Positions 1 through 9,371 of a stretch of DNA of 64,000 nt are shown here, piece after piece. This DNA comes from Alphaproteobacteria bacterium (GTDB lineage: Bacteria; Pseudomonadota; Alphaproteobacteria; GCA-2731375), in assembly GCA_965232515.1 (NCBI GenBank), contig CBDDPY010000002.1:4352001-4416000 (forward strand), written 5' to 3'. The notes under the pieces were generated by a model. That model was not told the DNA's origin. It searched no databases and saw nothing but the letters and a program-made list of their open reading frames with translations. The translations under genes and the position numbers were made by a program. Position 1 is the first letter of the stretch. The number at the start of each line of letters is the position of its first letter.

Positions 1-1
1 C

Positions 2-1150
2 ATCGTCGACATCCGTGAACGCACCGTGCCGATCTCGCGCTACGCCGATCCGGCGCTGCCGTCGGGCGGCCTGACCACCAGCATCGTCGCCGTCGTCACC
101 GACGCCGTGCGCGACGGCGAACCGGTGACCGGCTATGGCTTCGCCTCGTTCGGCCGGTTCGGCCAGGGCGGGCTGATTCGCGAACGCTTTGCGCCGCGGC
201 TGCTGGCGGCGGACGATCTCGGCGGCGACCGGCTCGATCCGTTCCACGCCTGGACGGCGATGATGGCCGGCGAGAAGCCGGGCGGTCACGGCGAACGCTG
301 CGTTGCCGTCGGCGCGTTGGACATGGCGGTATGGGATGCCGCCGCCAAGCTCGACGAACAGCCGCTCTACCGCCACGTTGCCGAGCGCACCGGCCGCCCG
401 TTGCCGACCACGCCCGACCTGCCGGTCTATGCCGGCGGCGGCTACGTCTATCCCAAGAACGATATCGCGCGCCTGACCGACGAGGTCCGGCGGCACCTCG
501 ACGCCGGCTACGACCGGGTGAAGATCAAGACCGGCGGCGCTTCGTTGACGGCCGACATGGCGCGGATCGAGGCGGTGCTGACGCTGCTGCCGGCCGGCGA
601 CCGGCTGGCGGTCGATGCCATGAACGCCTACGACGCGAGCCAGGCGCTCGAGGCGGCGACGACATTGGCGCCGCTCGACCTGATGTGGTTCGAGGACATC
701 TGCGATCCGCTCGACCTCGACACCCACGCACAGATCGCCGCCGGCTACAGACCGCCGATCGCGGCCGGCGAGGCGATGTTCTCGGCCGCGGAGGCGCGGC
801 TGCTGTTCCGGCATGGCGGGTTGCGGCCGGACCGCGACATCCTGCTGTTCGATCCCGCGCACTGCTATGGCCTGCCGGGTTACCTGGAGATCATCGCCGC
901 GGCGGAAGCGCACGGCTGGTCGCGCCGCGCGTTCTGGCCGCATGGCGGACACCTGTTCAGCCTGCACGTCGCCTATGCGTTTGGCCTTGGCGGCAGCGAG
1001 ATCAATCCCGCGAGCTTTCCGCCGTTCGGCAGTCTTGCCGATGGCGCGGTCGTCACGAACGGTCGCACCGCGCCACCGGACGCGCCCGGCATCGGCTTCG
1101 AGACCAAAGCAGAATTGATAGATTTGTTCCGGAATCTGGTCAGCGGTTGA
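2..1150 (+). CDS. Enolase-superfamily (mandelate racemase/D-tartrate dehydratase-like) enzyme; 5' end runs off the window
   Basis: Frame is open from position 2 (IVDIRERTVP). Motifs: KIK catalytic lysines, VDAMN, WFED, AGE metal ligands, PHGGH, EKPGGHGER as in the TarD subgroup. Confidence 0.85.
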   Translation: MVDIRERTVPISRYADPALPSGGLTTSIVAVVTDAVRDGEPVTGYGFASFGRFGQGGLIRERFAPRLLAADDLGGDRLDPFHAWTAMMAGEKPGGHGERCVAVGALDMAVWDAAAKLDEQPLYRHVAERTGRPLPTTPDLPVYAGGGYVYPKNDIARLTDEVRRHLDAGYDRVKIKTGGASLTADMARIEAVLTLLPAGDRLAVDAMNAYDASQALEAATTLAPLDLMWFEDICDPLDLDTHAQIAAGYRPPIAAGEAMFSAAEARLLFRHGGLRPDRDILLFDPAHCYGLPGYLEIIAAAEAHGWSRRAFWPHGGHLFSLHVAYAFGLGGSEINPASFPPFGSLADGAVVTNGRTAPPDAPGIGFETKAELIDLFRNLVSG

Positions 1151-2441
1151 GCCGGCCGGCAACGACGCGGACCCTGCGCGGGGCCGCGAGCCAGATCAGC
1201 ACCGCCGAGGCGAGACTGAGAGCAATAGCGATCTGGAACGACGATGCGTAGCTGCCGGTCAAGTCGAACAGCGCGCCGGTAAGCCAGGGGCCGCCGGCGG
1301 CGCCGGCGCTGCCGGCGATGGTGAGCGTGCCGAAGATGGTGCCGTAGCGCGGGCCTTGAAAGATATCGGCGGCCACCGCGCCATAGACCGCGGCCAGGCC
1401 GTAGCCGAACAGGCCCTGCGCCGCGACCATGAGATAGACCAGCACAAGGCTGGGTTGGTGTTGCATGATCAGGAGCAGAGCGTAAGCGCCGGCAAAACCG
1501 ACGACGCTGATCGTCCAGACCCATTCGCGGCCGATACGGTCCGACAGGTGGCCGAGGGCGGGCTGACCGAGCACGCCGAACAGGCCGACAAAGCCGAGCG
1601 CCAGCGCCGCCTGGCCGGCATCGACCCCGAGGTCCAGGAGATACTTGGTCTGGTGCACCAGGATCGCGTACCAGGCGAACATGGCGCCGAAATAGGCGCC
1701 GGCGATCAGCCAGAACCGGACAGTGCGCGCGGCGCGAAAGATCGTCCAGTCGATGGCGGTCCAGGCGCGGTCGACGACATTGTCGGGTTGTGCCGCCGTC
1801 GCTTTCGTGGCGGCTGGAACGGGATCGCCATCGGGCGTCAGGCCGAGATCTTCGGGCCGCTGGCGCTGCAGCAGCGCGTTCATCGGCACGACGACGACCA
1901 GCAGCAGCGCCGCGAACGCCCAACAGCCCTGGCGCCAGCCGATGCCGTCGATGGCGGTCTGGAACAGCGGCAGCAGCAGAATGGCGCCGATCCCGACGCC
2001 GGAAAAGGCGATGCCCATGGCCAGCCCCCGCCGACGCGCGAACCAGTTCGGCAGGAACACCATGTGGCCGATATAGCTCAGCAGCGTGCTGGCCCCAACA
2101 ACGAGCACGCCGAGTGTCAGATAGAAATGCCAGGGCTGCGTCGACAAGGTGGCGAGCACGAGACCGAGGCTGACCAGCACGGCGCCGGCCGGGATCACCA
2201 GTCGCGGCCCGAACCGGTCCATGCAATAGCCGATCAGCGGGGCGTAGAGCGCCGACGACACGAAGCCGATCGAGAAGGCCGCCGCGGTGACGCCGCGATC
2301 CCATTGGAACTCGGCCAGGATCGGCGGGAACAGCAGCGAGAAGACCGGCCGCGTGTTCACGCCGATGGCCATCGTCACGAAAGCGACGGCGACGACGATC
2401 CAGCCATAAAACAGGCGCGGCCGTTCCGGGCGCTGTAACAT
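1140..2441 (-). CDS. MFS transporter (OFA/MCT-like)
   Basis: FYGWIVV start, about 12 hydrophobic segments, GYCMDRFGPR and GHLSDRIGRE MFS motifs. Confidence 0.9.
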   Translation of the reverse strand: MLQRPERPRLFYGWIVVAVAFVTMAIGVNTRPVFSLLFPPILAEFQWDRGVTAAAFSIGFVSSALYAPLIGYCMDRFGPRLVIPAGAVLVSLGLVLATLSTQPWHFYLTLGVLVVGASTLLSYIGHMVFLPNWFARRRGLAMGIAFSGVGIGAILLLPLFQTAIDGIGWRQGCWAFAALLLVVVVPMNALLQRQRPEDLGLTPDGDPVPAATKATAAQPDNVVDRAWTAIDWTIFRAARTVRFWLIAGAYFGAMFAWYAILVHQTKYLLDLGVDAGQAALALGFVGLFGVLGQPALGHLSDRIGREWVWTISVVGFAGAYALLLIMQHQPSLVLVYLMVAAQGLFGYGLAAVYGAVAADIFQGPRYGTIFGTLTIAGSAGAAGGPWLTGALFDLTGSYASSFQIAIALSLASAVLIWLAAPRRVRVVAGRLNR

Positions 2442-2573
2442 GCCGTTGTCTCGACGTTATGCGGGCTGATCCGGTGCTGCCACCGGGCTCGAACGAGCGT
2501 TTGCCAGCATGGCACGGTCGCACGCTATCGCAAAAGCGCTTCGCTTGCCGAGCAACGCGTCGGCCGTATCGAT

Positions 2574-3206
2574 TCAGCTCGCAGCGCGGCGTGGATCGGC
2601 GAAGGCGACGGCCGACGCGGTGAAGATGTAGAAGCCGCCGGCCGTGCGGTTGAACAGCCGTTGCCGCCGGGCCGAGGTCAGCAGGCGGCGCAACGGCCCG
2701 CCGAGCAGCACCCAGCCGCCGTAGATCATGGCGACGATGGCGCTGGCCGTCGGCATCAGCACGGCAAGCTGCGGCGCCAGCGGCGCCGCCGGATCGATGG
2801 CCTGGGTGAAGACCGAGAGATACATCAGCACGGCCTTGGGGTTGCTCATCGAGACGAGGAAACCGAAGCGCAACAGGCGGCCCGACGACTCGACCGGTCG
2901 GGCCGCGATGGTCAGCTCTGTCGCGGGGCGGCGCCAGAGCAGGATCCCGATCCAGACGAGATAGGCGATGCCGAGCCATTTCAACACGTGGAACAGTTCG
3001 GCATAGAGCAGCAGCAGCGCGCCGAAGCCGAAAACCGCCAGCAGCGCGTGCGCGACGCTGGCGAGCGTGATGCCGGCCGCCGTCCAGAGCGCCCGGCGCG
3101 GACCGTTCGACACCGCCGCCGTCACGCAGGCGACGGCGTTGGGCCCGACCGGCAGGCCGACCGCCGTCCAGATCACCACGAAGGCCAGCCATTCCTGCAA
3201 CGACAT
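2574..3206 (-). CDS. LysE/RhtB family exporter
   Basis: PVGPN, LKWLGIAYLVWIG, GFLVSMSNPKA motifs; ATG at 3206 chosen. Confidence 0.88.
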   Translation of the reverse strand: MSLQEWLAFVVIWTAVGLPVGPNAVACVTAAVSNGPRRALWTAAGITLASVAHALLAVFGFGALLLLYAELFHVLKWLGIAYLVWIGILLWRRPATELTIAARPVESSGRLLRFGFLVSMSNPKAVLMYLSVFTQAIDPAAPLAPQLAVLMPTASAIVAMIYGGWVLLGGPLRRLLTSARRQRLFNRTAGGFYIFTASAVAFADPRRAAS

Positions 3207-3284
3207 CCCCGTCCTCCCGCGTCCCGGATATTCAACGACGGATGACAGCCTGATCGCGGCCGTCATTCTTGTCCAGCAGAGACG

Positions 3285-3302
3285 CTTCGTTTAAGGTCGA
3301 AG
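3285..3302. promoter_or_regulatory. Inverted repeat CTTCG-N8-CGAAG, probable operator of the adjacent ArsR-family regulator
   Basis: Palindrome directly before the regulator ATG (3304), between divergent genes; function inferred. Confidence 0.5.
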
Positions 3303-3303
3303 T

Positions 3304-3993
3304 ATGACTGACGCTCCTTTCATCGCCGAAACGGGCGCGCTGATCGGCGATCCGGCCCGGGCCAACATCATCGCCGCGCTGATGGACGGCAAGGCGCGCA
3401 CGGCCACCGAGCTCGCCTATGCCGCCGGCGTCTCGCCGCAGACGACCAGCGCGCATCTCGCCAAGCTGACCGAGGGCCGGCTGATCACGCTCACGCGCCA
3501 GGGCCGGCACCGGTATTACAGCCTTGCCGGACGGGAGGTGGCGGAAGCCATCGAGGCGCTGATGCGGCTGGCCGCGAGCGGACCGCCGCGACACCGTCCG
3601 ACCGGACCGCGCGACGAGGCCATGCGGCGGGCCCGAACCTGCTACGACCATCTGGCCGGCCGGCTGGGCGTGGCGTTGGCCGACGCGCTGACCAAGCGGC
3701 GCTACCTTCGCGCCGTCGGCAACGACTTCGAGGCGACCAAGTCGGGCCGCCAGTTCTTCGACGATTTCGGCATCGACCTCAACGCCGCCCGCGGCCGCCG
3801 GCGCGCCTTCGCCCGGTCCTGCCTGGACTGGAGCGAACGCCGGCCGCATATCGCCGGTGCGCTGGGCGCGGCGCTGGCCGACCGCTGCCTCGAACTCCGC
3901 TGGATCGCCCGCATCGAGGATGGCCGCGCCATGCGCATCACCGAGCGCGGCACGCGCGGCCTGGCGGATGCGTTCGGTATTGAGATCGATTGA
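3304..3993 (+). CDS. ArsR/SmtB-family winged-helix regulator with C-terminal RTCYDHLAG domain
   Basis: LIGDPARANII...TATELA...SPQTTSAHLAKL...QGRHRYY; RTCYDHLAG; CLDWSERRPH. Confidence 0.9.
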   Translation: MTDAPFIAETGALIGDPARANIIAALMDGKARTATELAYAAGVSPQTTSAHLAKLTEGRLITLTRQGRHRYYSLAGREVAEAIEALMRLAASGPPRHRPTGPRDEAMRRARTCYDHLAGRLGVALADALTKRRYLRAVGNDFEATKSGRQFFDDFGIDLNAARGRRRAFARSCLDWSERRPHIAGALGAALADRCLELRWIARIEDGRAMRITERGTRGLADAFGIEID

Positions 3994-3999
3994 TTCCGA

Positions 4000-4500
4000 A
4001 TGGACGTCGTCGTCACGGCCGATGGACAGCTTAGCTACGGCAACGCGCGCTGGCGCTGCGCGTTGGGGCGTGGCGGCATCGTGGCCGACAAGCGCGAGGG
4101 CGACGGCGGCACGCCGGTCGGCACGTTTCCGTTGCGACGACTGCTCTATCGGCCGGACCGGGTGGCGGCGCCGGCGACGCGGCTGCCGGCGCGGGCGCTG
4201 ACGCCGGCCGACGGCTGGTGCGACGATCCGGCCGACGCGGCTTATAACCGGCCGATCACCCTTCCCTTCGCCGCCAGCCACGAAAAGATGTGGCGGGACG
4301 ATGCGATCTACGACGTGGTCGTCGTGCTGGGCCACAACGACGATCCGCCGGTGGCGGGACGCGGCTCGGCGATCTTCCTGCATGTCGCCAGGCCCGACTA
4401 TCGGCCGACCGAAGGCTGCGTGGCGCTGGCGCTTGACGATCTGCTGACGGTGCTGGCGGATTGCGGGCCGGAGACGCGCCTGAAGGTTCAACCGGGCTGA
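4000..4500 (+). CDS. L,D-transpeptidase (YkuD-like) family protein
   Basis: KREGDGGTP and GSAIFLH...PTEGC catalytic His/Cys motif. Confidence 0.88.
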   Translation: MDVVVTADGQLSYGNARWRCALGRGGIVADKREGDGGTPVGTFPLRRLLYRPDRVAAPATRLPARALTPADGWCDDPADAAYNRPITLPFAASHEKMWRDDAIYDVVVVLGHNDDPPVAGRGSAIFLHVARPDYRPTEGCVALALDDLLTVLADCGPETRLKVQPG

Positions 4501-5204
4501 GGCGGCCAGGGTTCGCGCGGGCCGAAGATCGCGGTGCCGACGCGCACATGGGTCGCGCCGAATTCGATCGCGGTTTCGAAATCGGCGCTCATGCCCATGG
4601 ACAGACCGGGAAGATCGTTGCGCTCGGCAATCTGGCGGAGCAGCGCGAAATGCAGCGCCGGCTCCTCGTCGAGCGGCGGAATGCACATCAGGCCCTTGAG
4701 CGGCAGCTTCAGCTCGTCACGGCAGAGGCGGATGAAGTCGTCGGCATCGACCGGCAGCACGCCGGCCTTCTGCGGTTCCTCGCCGGTATTGATCTCGACG
4801 AAGCAATCGAGCCAGCGATCCTGGGCCGCCATCTCTCGAGCGAGCGCGCGCGCCAGCTTGGGGCGGTCAACGGTTTCGATGGCGTCGAATAGCGCGACGG
4901 CCTTCTTCACCTTGTTGGTCTGCAGCGGCCCGATCAGGTGCACGCGGACATCCGGATGCGCCGCCTTGAGCGCCGGCCATTTGCCTTCCGCTTCCTGCAC
5001 GCGGTTCTCGCCAAAGAGCTTGTGGCCGGCGGCGATCGCCGGCTCGATACGTTCGGCACCGTGGGTCTTGCTGACCGCCACGAGCGTCACCTCGGCCGGA
5101 TCCCGTCCCGCAGCCCCGGCCGCGGCGGCGATCGTTTCGTTTACCGCGCTGAGATTGGCCGCGACATCGACGGTCGCTTCACTTGGCGTTGTCTGCAGGC
5201 TCAT
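4488..5204 (-). CDS. yggS: PLP homeostasis protein YggS
   Basis: LVAVSKT, FGENRVQE, HLIGPLQTNK, GLMCIPP, LSMGMSAD, GATHVRVGTAIFG; start at ATG 5204. Confidence 0.95.
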   Translation of the reverse strand: MSLQTTPSEATVDVAANLSAVNETIAAAAGAAGRDPAEVTLVAVSKTHGAERIEPAIAAGHKLFGENRVQEAEGKWPALKAAHPDVRVHLIGPLQTNKVKKAVALFDAIETVDRPKLARALAREMAAQDRWLDCFVEINTGEEPQKAGVLPVDADDFIRLCRDELKLPLKGLMCIPPLDEEPALHFALLRQIAERNDLPGLSMGMSADFETAIEFGATHVRVGTAIFGPREPWPPQPG

Positions 5205-5252
5205 GGCAGTGTCGCGAGATCCTTGGGAGGGCGCGTGACGACCGTAGCAAAC

Positions 5253-5846
5253 ATGGGCCAGCGGCTCAATTCGCGGCACCCGGTCGGCCGCCGACTGCCG
5301 CCGCTGATCCTGATGACCGATGCCATGCGGCTGCCGGACCCGCTGGCCGCGGCGGCGCGGCTTCCGGCCGGCGCGGCGGTGATCCTGCGTGACTACGACG
5401 CGGCCGACCGGACCGATTTGGCCGACGCATTGTCGACGCTCTGCCGGACACGGCGACTGCGGCTGCTGGTGGCGGCCGATGCAAAGTTGGCGGCCCTTGT
5501 CGGGGCGGACGGCGTGCATCTGCCCGAAGATCTGGTTCCACGGATGCCGAGACGATGGCCGCGACGCTGGCTGATTACCGCGGCGGCGCATTCGCCGGCG
5601 GCAATGTGGCGGGCCCGACGCGCGGGGGCGGACGCCGCGCTGCTGTCGCCGGTGTTCGCCACAGCGAGCCACCCGGGCGCGCCTACGCTGGGCGCGCTGC
5701 GCTTCGCCGCTTGGGCGAACCAAGCGCCACTGCCGGTCTATGCGCTGGGCGGCATCAACGCGGGCACGGCACGGCGGCTGACCGACAGCCGCGCCGTCGG
5801 TCTCGCGGGGATCGGCGGCATGACAGACGATAGCGGCAGACGGTAG
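5253..5846 (+). CDS. Thiamine-phosphate synthase/TenI family protein
   Basis: GADGVHL, AAHS, SPVFATASH, PVYALGGI; the ThiE catalytic Lys position reads His, so ThiE activity is not assured. Confidence 0.8.
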   Translation: MGQRLNSRHPVGRRLPPLILMTDAMRLPDPLAAAARLPAGAAVILRDYDAADRTDLADALSTLCRTRRLRLLVAADAKLAALVGADGVHLPEDLVPRMPRRWPRRWLITAAAHSPAAMWRARRAGADAALLSPVFATASHPGAPTLGALRFAAWANQAPLPVYALGGINAGTARRLTDSRAVGLAGIGGMTDDSGRR

Positions 5847-5878
5847 ACTGCGGCGGTTTTCCGACATCGGATGTATCG

Positions 5879-6445
5879 ATGCGCCTCAATCTCGGCTGCG
5901 GCTACGACAAACGCGACGGCTGGCTCAACGTCGACGCGACCGCCGCCTGCGCGCCCGACGAGGTCGTGGACCTGGAGCGCCTGCCCTGGCCCTGGGCGGA
6001 CAACGCGGTCGACGAAGTACTGATGAAGCACGTGCTGGAGCATCTGGGCGCCAGCACCGAGGTCTATCTGGGCCTGATGGCCGAGCTCTGGCGGGTCTGC
6101 CGGCACGGCGCCGAGGTGCGGATCGTGGTGCCGCATCCGCGGCACGACCACTATCTGAACGACCCGACGCACGTACGGCCGATCACGCCCGAGGGCCTGG
6201 AGATGTTCAGCCAGCGCAAGAACCGCGAATGGGTTGAGAAGGGGCTGGGCAACACGCCGCTGGGCCTGCATCTGGGCATCGATTTCGATATTACGTCCGT
6301 CGACATGCGGCCCGACGGCGTCTGGCGCGAACGGTTGCAGCGCGGTGAGATCACGACCCAGGACCTGGCTCAGGCCATGCGGCAGTTCAATAACGTCATC
6401 GCCGAAACGACAGTGGTGCTGCGCGCCGTCAAGGAACCGGGCTGA
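5879..6445 (+). CDS. Class I SAM-dependent methyltransferase-like protein
   Basis: LNLGCG motif I, GWLNVD, HVLEHL, VPHP...DPTH. Confidence 0.85.
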   Translation: MRLNLGCGYDKRDGWLNVDATAACAPDEVVDLERLPWPWADNAVDEVLMKHVLEHLGASTEVYLGLMAELWRVCRHGAEVRIVVPHPRHDHYLNDPTHVRPITPEGLEMFSQRKNREWVEKGLGNTPLGLHLGIDFDITSVDMRPDGVWRERLQRGEITTQDLAQAMRQFNNVIAETTVVLRAVKEPG

Positions 6446-6446
6446 G

Positions 6447-7706
6447 ATGGCCGGACGGCGCGGAACCGCCGCCAAGGCGACGACAACCTCACAGACCCAG
6501 CTGATCGAGTTCGCGGCGCAGCAGGACTTCCGCTTCCGGCAGCAGAACGCCTCGGCCGAAAGCGCCCAGACCGGCCAGGGCGGCGAACGCTACTACACGA
6601 CGTCGCGGCAATTCGCCGAACGGGCGCTGGCCGCCAATCCGGCGCAGTTCCGGATCCTGAAGACCGACAAGCGGCTGAAGTGCCTCGCCCGGGACCGCTG
6701 GGCCGGCACCAACTATCGCGGCCGGCGGGTGTTGTTTCTGCTGCCGAGCGCGGCGCTGGGCAACAATGTCTGCACGGCCCTGTTCCTGCAGGCTTTCGCC
6801 GAGCGGCACGACCCGCGGGCGCTGGGCGTGTTCTGCGCACAGTCGGCCGCCGATATCTATCTCGGCGCGGGCGTCGCGGAAGTCTTTACGCTGTGGCTGC
6901 CGCGGCGGGCGCTGTCGCGCTGGGACGTGGTGATCGACCTCGGCCACCTGGAAAGCCGGCGCAACATTGAGTTCTGGCCGGTCGACATGGAGGCGGACCT
7001 GCTGGCGGCGTTCGACCTGGCGCCCAGCACGCGTTTCAGCGGCGAGGCACGCCCGCTGCCGGACACGGACCGGCTGCGCATCGGCTTGCTGCCGCTGGCC
7101 TCGTCGCCCTTGCGCACGCTGCCGGTGGCGGCGACGGCGGCGCTGATCGAAGCGCTGGCGCCGGCCGGCGATCTCGTGCTTTGCCTCAACCGGTTCCAGC
7201 ATCAGGGCGTGCTCTACCGCCAGGCGCTGCAGGATCGGCTGCCGCCGGATGTCGAGGTGATCGACGCCTTCGATTCGATCGGGGCGCTGCTGAAGGCGAT
7301 CGACGGATTCGATTACGCGGTGTTTGCAGACTCGGGCCCGGCGCACATGGCAAAGCTGTTCGCGACGCCCGGCGTCGCGGTCTACACCTCGGCCCCCGGC
7401 GACGTGCTTCAGGGCCGGTTCCGCAATCTTGTCAACTGGACGGTGCCGTTCGAGGGTCCGCACTGCCGCGCCCCCTGCGGCCTGGCCAAGATCCGACAGA
7501 CGTCGGACGGCCGGGTCGGCTGCATGGGCTCGCTCGGCTGCACCGTCGACGACTTGCCGACGACGCCGAAACGACAGGCACCGGCCGCTGTCGAGCGGCT
7601 GCTGCTGCAGGAACAGGTGCCGTGCGTCGCGGCGCTGGCCGAGGCGCCGGACGACTTGGTCAGATTCGTGCAGGCCGATCTGACCGCGCGCCATTCGCGG
7701 ACCTAG
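6447..7706 (+). CDS. Glycosyltransferase family 9 (heptosyltransferase)-like protein with unrecognised N-terminal domain
   Basis: ALGNNV, PLASSPLRT, ADSGPAHMA GT9 motifs; Cys-rich C-terminus; ATG 2 nt after the methyltransferase stop. Confidence 0.75.
   Translation: MAGRRGTAAKATTTSQTQLIEFAAQQDFRFRQQNASAESAQTGQGGERYYTTSRQFAERALAANPAQFRILKTDKRLKCLARDRWAGTNYRGRRVLFLLPSAALGNNVCTALFLQAFAERHDPRALGVFCAQSAADIYLGAGVAEVFTLWLPRRALSRWDVVIDLGHLESRRNIEFWPVDMEADLLAAFDLAPSTRFSGEARPLPDTDRLRIGLLPLASSPLRTLPVAATAALIEALAPAGDLVLCLNRFQHQGVLYRQALQDRLPPDVEVIDAFDSIGALLKAIDGFDYAVFADSGPAHMAKLFATPGVAVYTSAPGDVLQGRFRNLVNWTVPFEGPHCRAPCGLAKIRQTSDGRVGCMGSLGCTVDDLPTTPKRQAPAAVERLLLQEQVPCVAALAEAPDDLVRFVQADLTARHSRT
7492..7706 (+). 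repeat. Copy A of a duplicated segment (3' end of the GT9-like gene)
   Basis: 12 substitutions and no indels over 215 nt against 9098-9312 (manual alignment). Confidence 0.95.
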
Positions 7707-7710
7707 AAGC

Positions 7711-7742
7711 AAAAACGGGGCGGAGGAAACACCGCCCCGTTT
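7711..7742. terminator. Intrinsic terminator of porin 1, probably bidirectional
   Basis: AAAAA-CGGGGCGG...CCGCCCCG-TTT hairpin between convergent genes. Confidence 0.85.
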
Positions 7743-7768
7743 CCGGTTTCAGACCGAATAGCTTCGGA

Positions 7769-8887
7769 TCAGAAGTTCAGCTTGGTGCCGACATACCCGA
7801 TGACGGAATCGTTCTCCTGAGATCGATCGCGCGCCGCGTCATCGATATCAGCCCATTGCACACCGGCAATCATCGTTACGCCCGGGCCAATAGCGTAGCT
7901 GCCCGCGACTTCGAAGCCTTCATACTCGTCCTCGCCAGCACCGGGGCCCTGCTCGACCTCTTTCCAGGCGTACATGACCGAGGCGCCCCACGGACCCGCG
8001 GTGTACTGCAAGCTCATCGCGAAATCCTCGCTGTCGCCACTATTGGCGAAACCGCGATTGTCGTTGAGGTAGGCAATGCCGAAGGCGAAGCCGGCATAGC
8101 CCAACTCGCCACCGAGCGCCCACTGCTCCCGGTCAGTCTCGATCGGATCGGAGGGGCCTTCCCGCTTACCCTCGCCGTAACCCACCGAGGCCGCCACGCT
8201 GAAGTTGTTGAACTTCTGCACGTAGTTGGCGCCGATCTCGATCACCTCGGACTGCTGACCGACCGGGCTGTTTTCGGGTTGGAAGCCGGAGTATGAGCCT
8301 AAACAGTCCTCGATGCCGCCACCGCGCTCCTCGCAGTTGTCAGGCGTATAGGACGCGCTGAGCTCGAAGCCCAAGAAGCGCGGGGTGAAGTAGGTGATCT
8401 TCTCGGAGTCCGAGGTCATGTTGGGCGGCGTTGCCGTGACGTTCGCCGTCGAGCCTTCCGGTGCGGCCCAGATCCGGAAATTCGGCGAGTTCAGGCCGAG
8501 GCCGGCCGATCTCGTACCGCGGTGCTGCAGGTAGGTGCCAGAGTTCTCCGCACCGATGTTGACGCGGCCCCATGCGCCCTCGAACCAGATGTACGATTCA
8601 TCAATCTGGTCCGTGCAGGTTTCGGCTTCGAGCTGAACCTGGACACCTACTTCGAGACCGTTGTCGAGCGTGGTCTTGCCATTGAAGATGATCTCGCCCT
8701 CGCGGAAGACCCCGTGATCTCGCCGGCCCGCGGCGCCCTCTCCGGCGCCGTTGTCTTCGTCGCCCACGGCGAAGACGGCTTGGAAATAGCCCCCCACACT
8801 CAATTGAATCCTGTCTGCGGCAACGGCGTTACCGGCCAACATCCCGGCTGCGACCATCGACGTCGTGCCAAACAGCAACTTCTGCAT
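7769..8887 (-). CDS. Outer-membrane porin, paralogue 1
   Basis: Signal peptide MQKLLFGTT..AVA, alternating beta-strand pattern, KITYFTPR, C-terminal Phe; SD AGGAAAGG. Confidence 0.92.
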   Translation of the reverse strand: MQKLLFGTTSMVAAGMLAGNAVAADRIQLSVGGYFQAVFAVGDEDNGAGEGAAGRRDHGVFREGEIIFNGKTTLDNGLEVGVQVQLEAETCTDQIDESYIWFEGAWGRVNIGAENSGTYLQHRGTRSAGLGLNSPNFRIWAAPEGSTANVTATPPNMTSDSEKITYFTPRFLGFELSASYTPDNCEERGGGIEDCLGSYSGFQPENSPVGQQSEVIEIGANYVQKFNNFSVAASVGYGEGKREGPSDPIETDREQWALGGELGYAGFAFGIAYLNDNRGFANSGDSEDFAMSLQYTAGPWGASVMYAWKEVEQGPGAGEDEYEGFEVAGSYAIGPGVTMIAGVQWADIDDAARDRSQENDSVIGYVGTKLNF

Positions 8888-9021
8888 GATGAGCGTACCT
8901 TTCCTGTCTTGTGTCATCATTTGCCCGAATTACATTGTAGTTACATGTTTCAAACTAACATCCCGGTGGGAAAAAATGAAGTCAAAACGAGAATAAAATT
9001 CGAACTAAATTTCTTTATTGG

Positions 9022-9039
9022 TGTACTGGACAACGCACA
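9022..9039. promoter_or_regulatory. TGT-N12-ACA motif upstream of porin 1
   Basis: Starts 37 nt from a -35-like TTGAC (8985-8981); the same geometry occurs at porins 2 and 3. Confidence 0.55.
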
Positions 9040-9097
9040 CAGCCGCAGCGGCCACGCTTGCCGGTCGCGCGAAAATCAAAAATCTAGTGGGAGGAGG

Positions 9098-9312
9098 TCC
9101 GACAGATGCCGGACGGCCGGGCCGGCTGCATGGGCTCGCTCGGCTGCACCGTCGACGACTTGCCGACGACGCCGAAACGACAGGCACCGGCCGCTGTCGA
9201 GCGGTTGCTGCTGAAGGAACAGGTGCCGTGCGGCGCGGCGTTGGCCGAAGCGCCGGACGACATGGTCAGATTCGTGCAGGCCGATCTGACCGCGCGCCAT
9301 TCGCGAACATAA
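9098..9312 (+). repeat. Copy B of the duplicated GT9 3' fragment; carries a 68-aa ORF (9106-9312), either pseudogene fragment or new small gene
   Basis: About 94% identical to 7492-7706; an ACG>ATG change gives a start codon with GGAGGAGG 8 nt upstream; stop retained (TAG>TAA). Confidence 0.9.
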
Positions 9313-9316
9313 CAAC

Positions 9317-9343
9317 AAAAACGGGGCGGCTGACGCCGCCCCG
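9317..9343 (-). terminator. Intrinsic terminator of porin 2
   Basis: CGGGGCGGC-TGAC-GCCGCCCCG hairpin followed by a U-tract on the minus strand. Confidence 0.85.
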
Positions 9344-9371
9344 CTTAGGCAGATGTATCGGTGCCGACGAT

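Noticed and set aside
7492-9312. Near-identical pair as a DGR template/variable repeat
   Set aside because: Half of the 12 mismatches do not involve adenine, no reverse transcriptase is in the window, and the offset matches a simple tandem duplication
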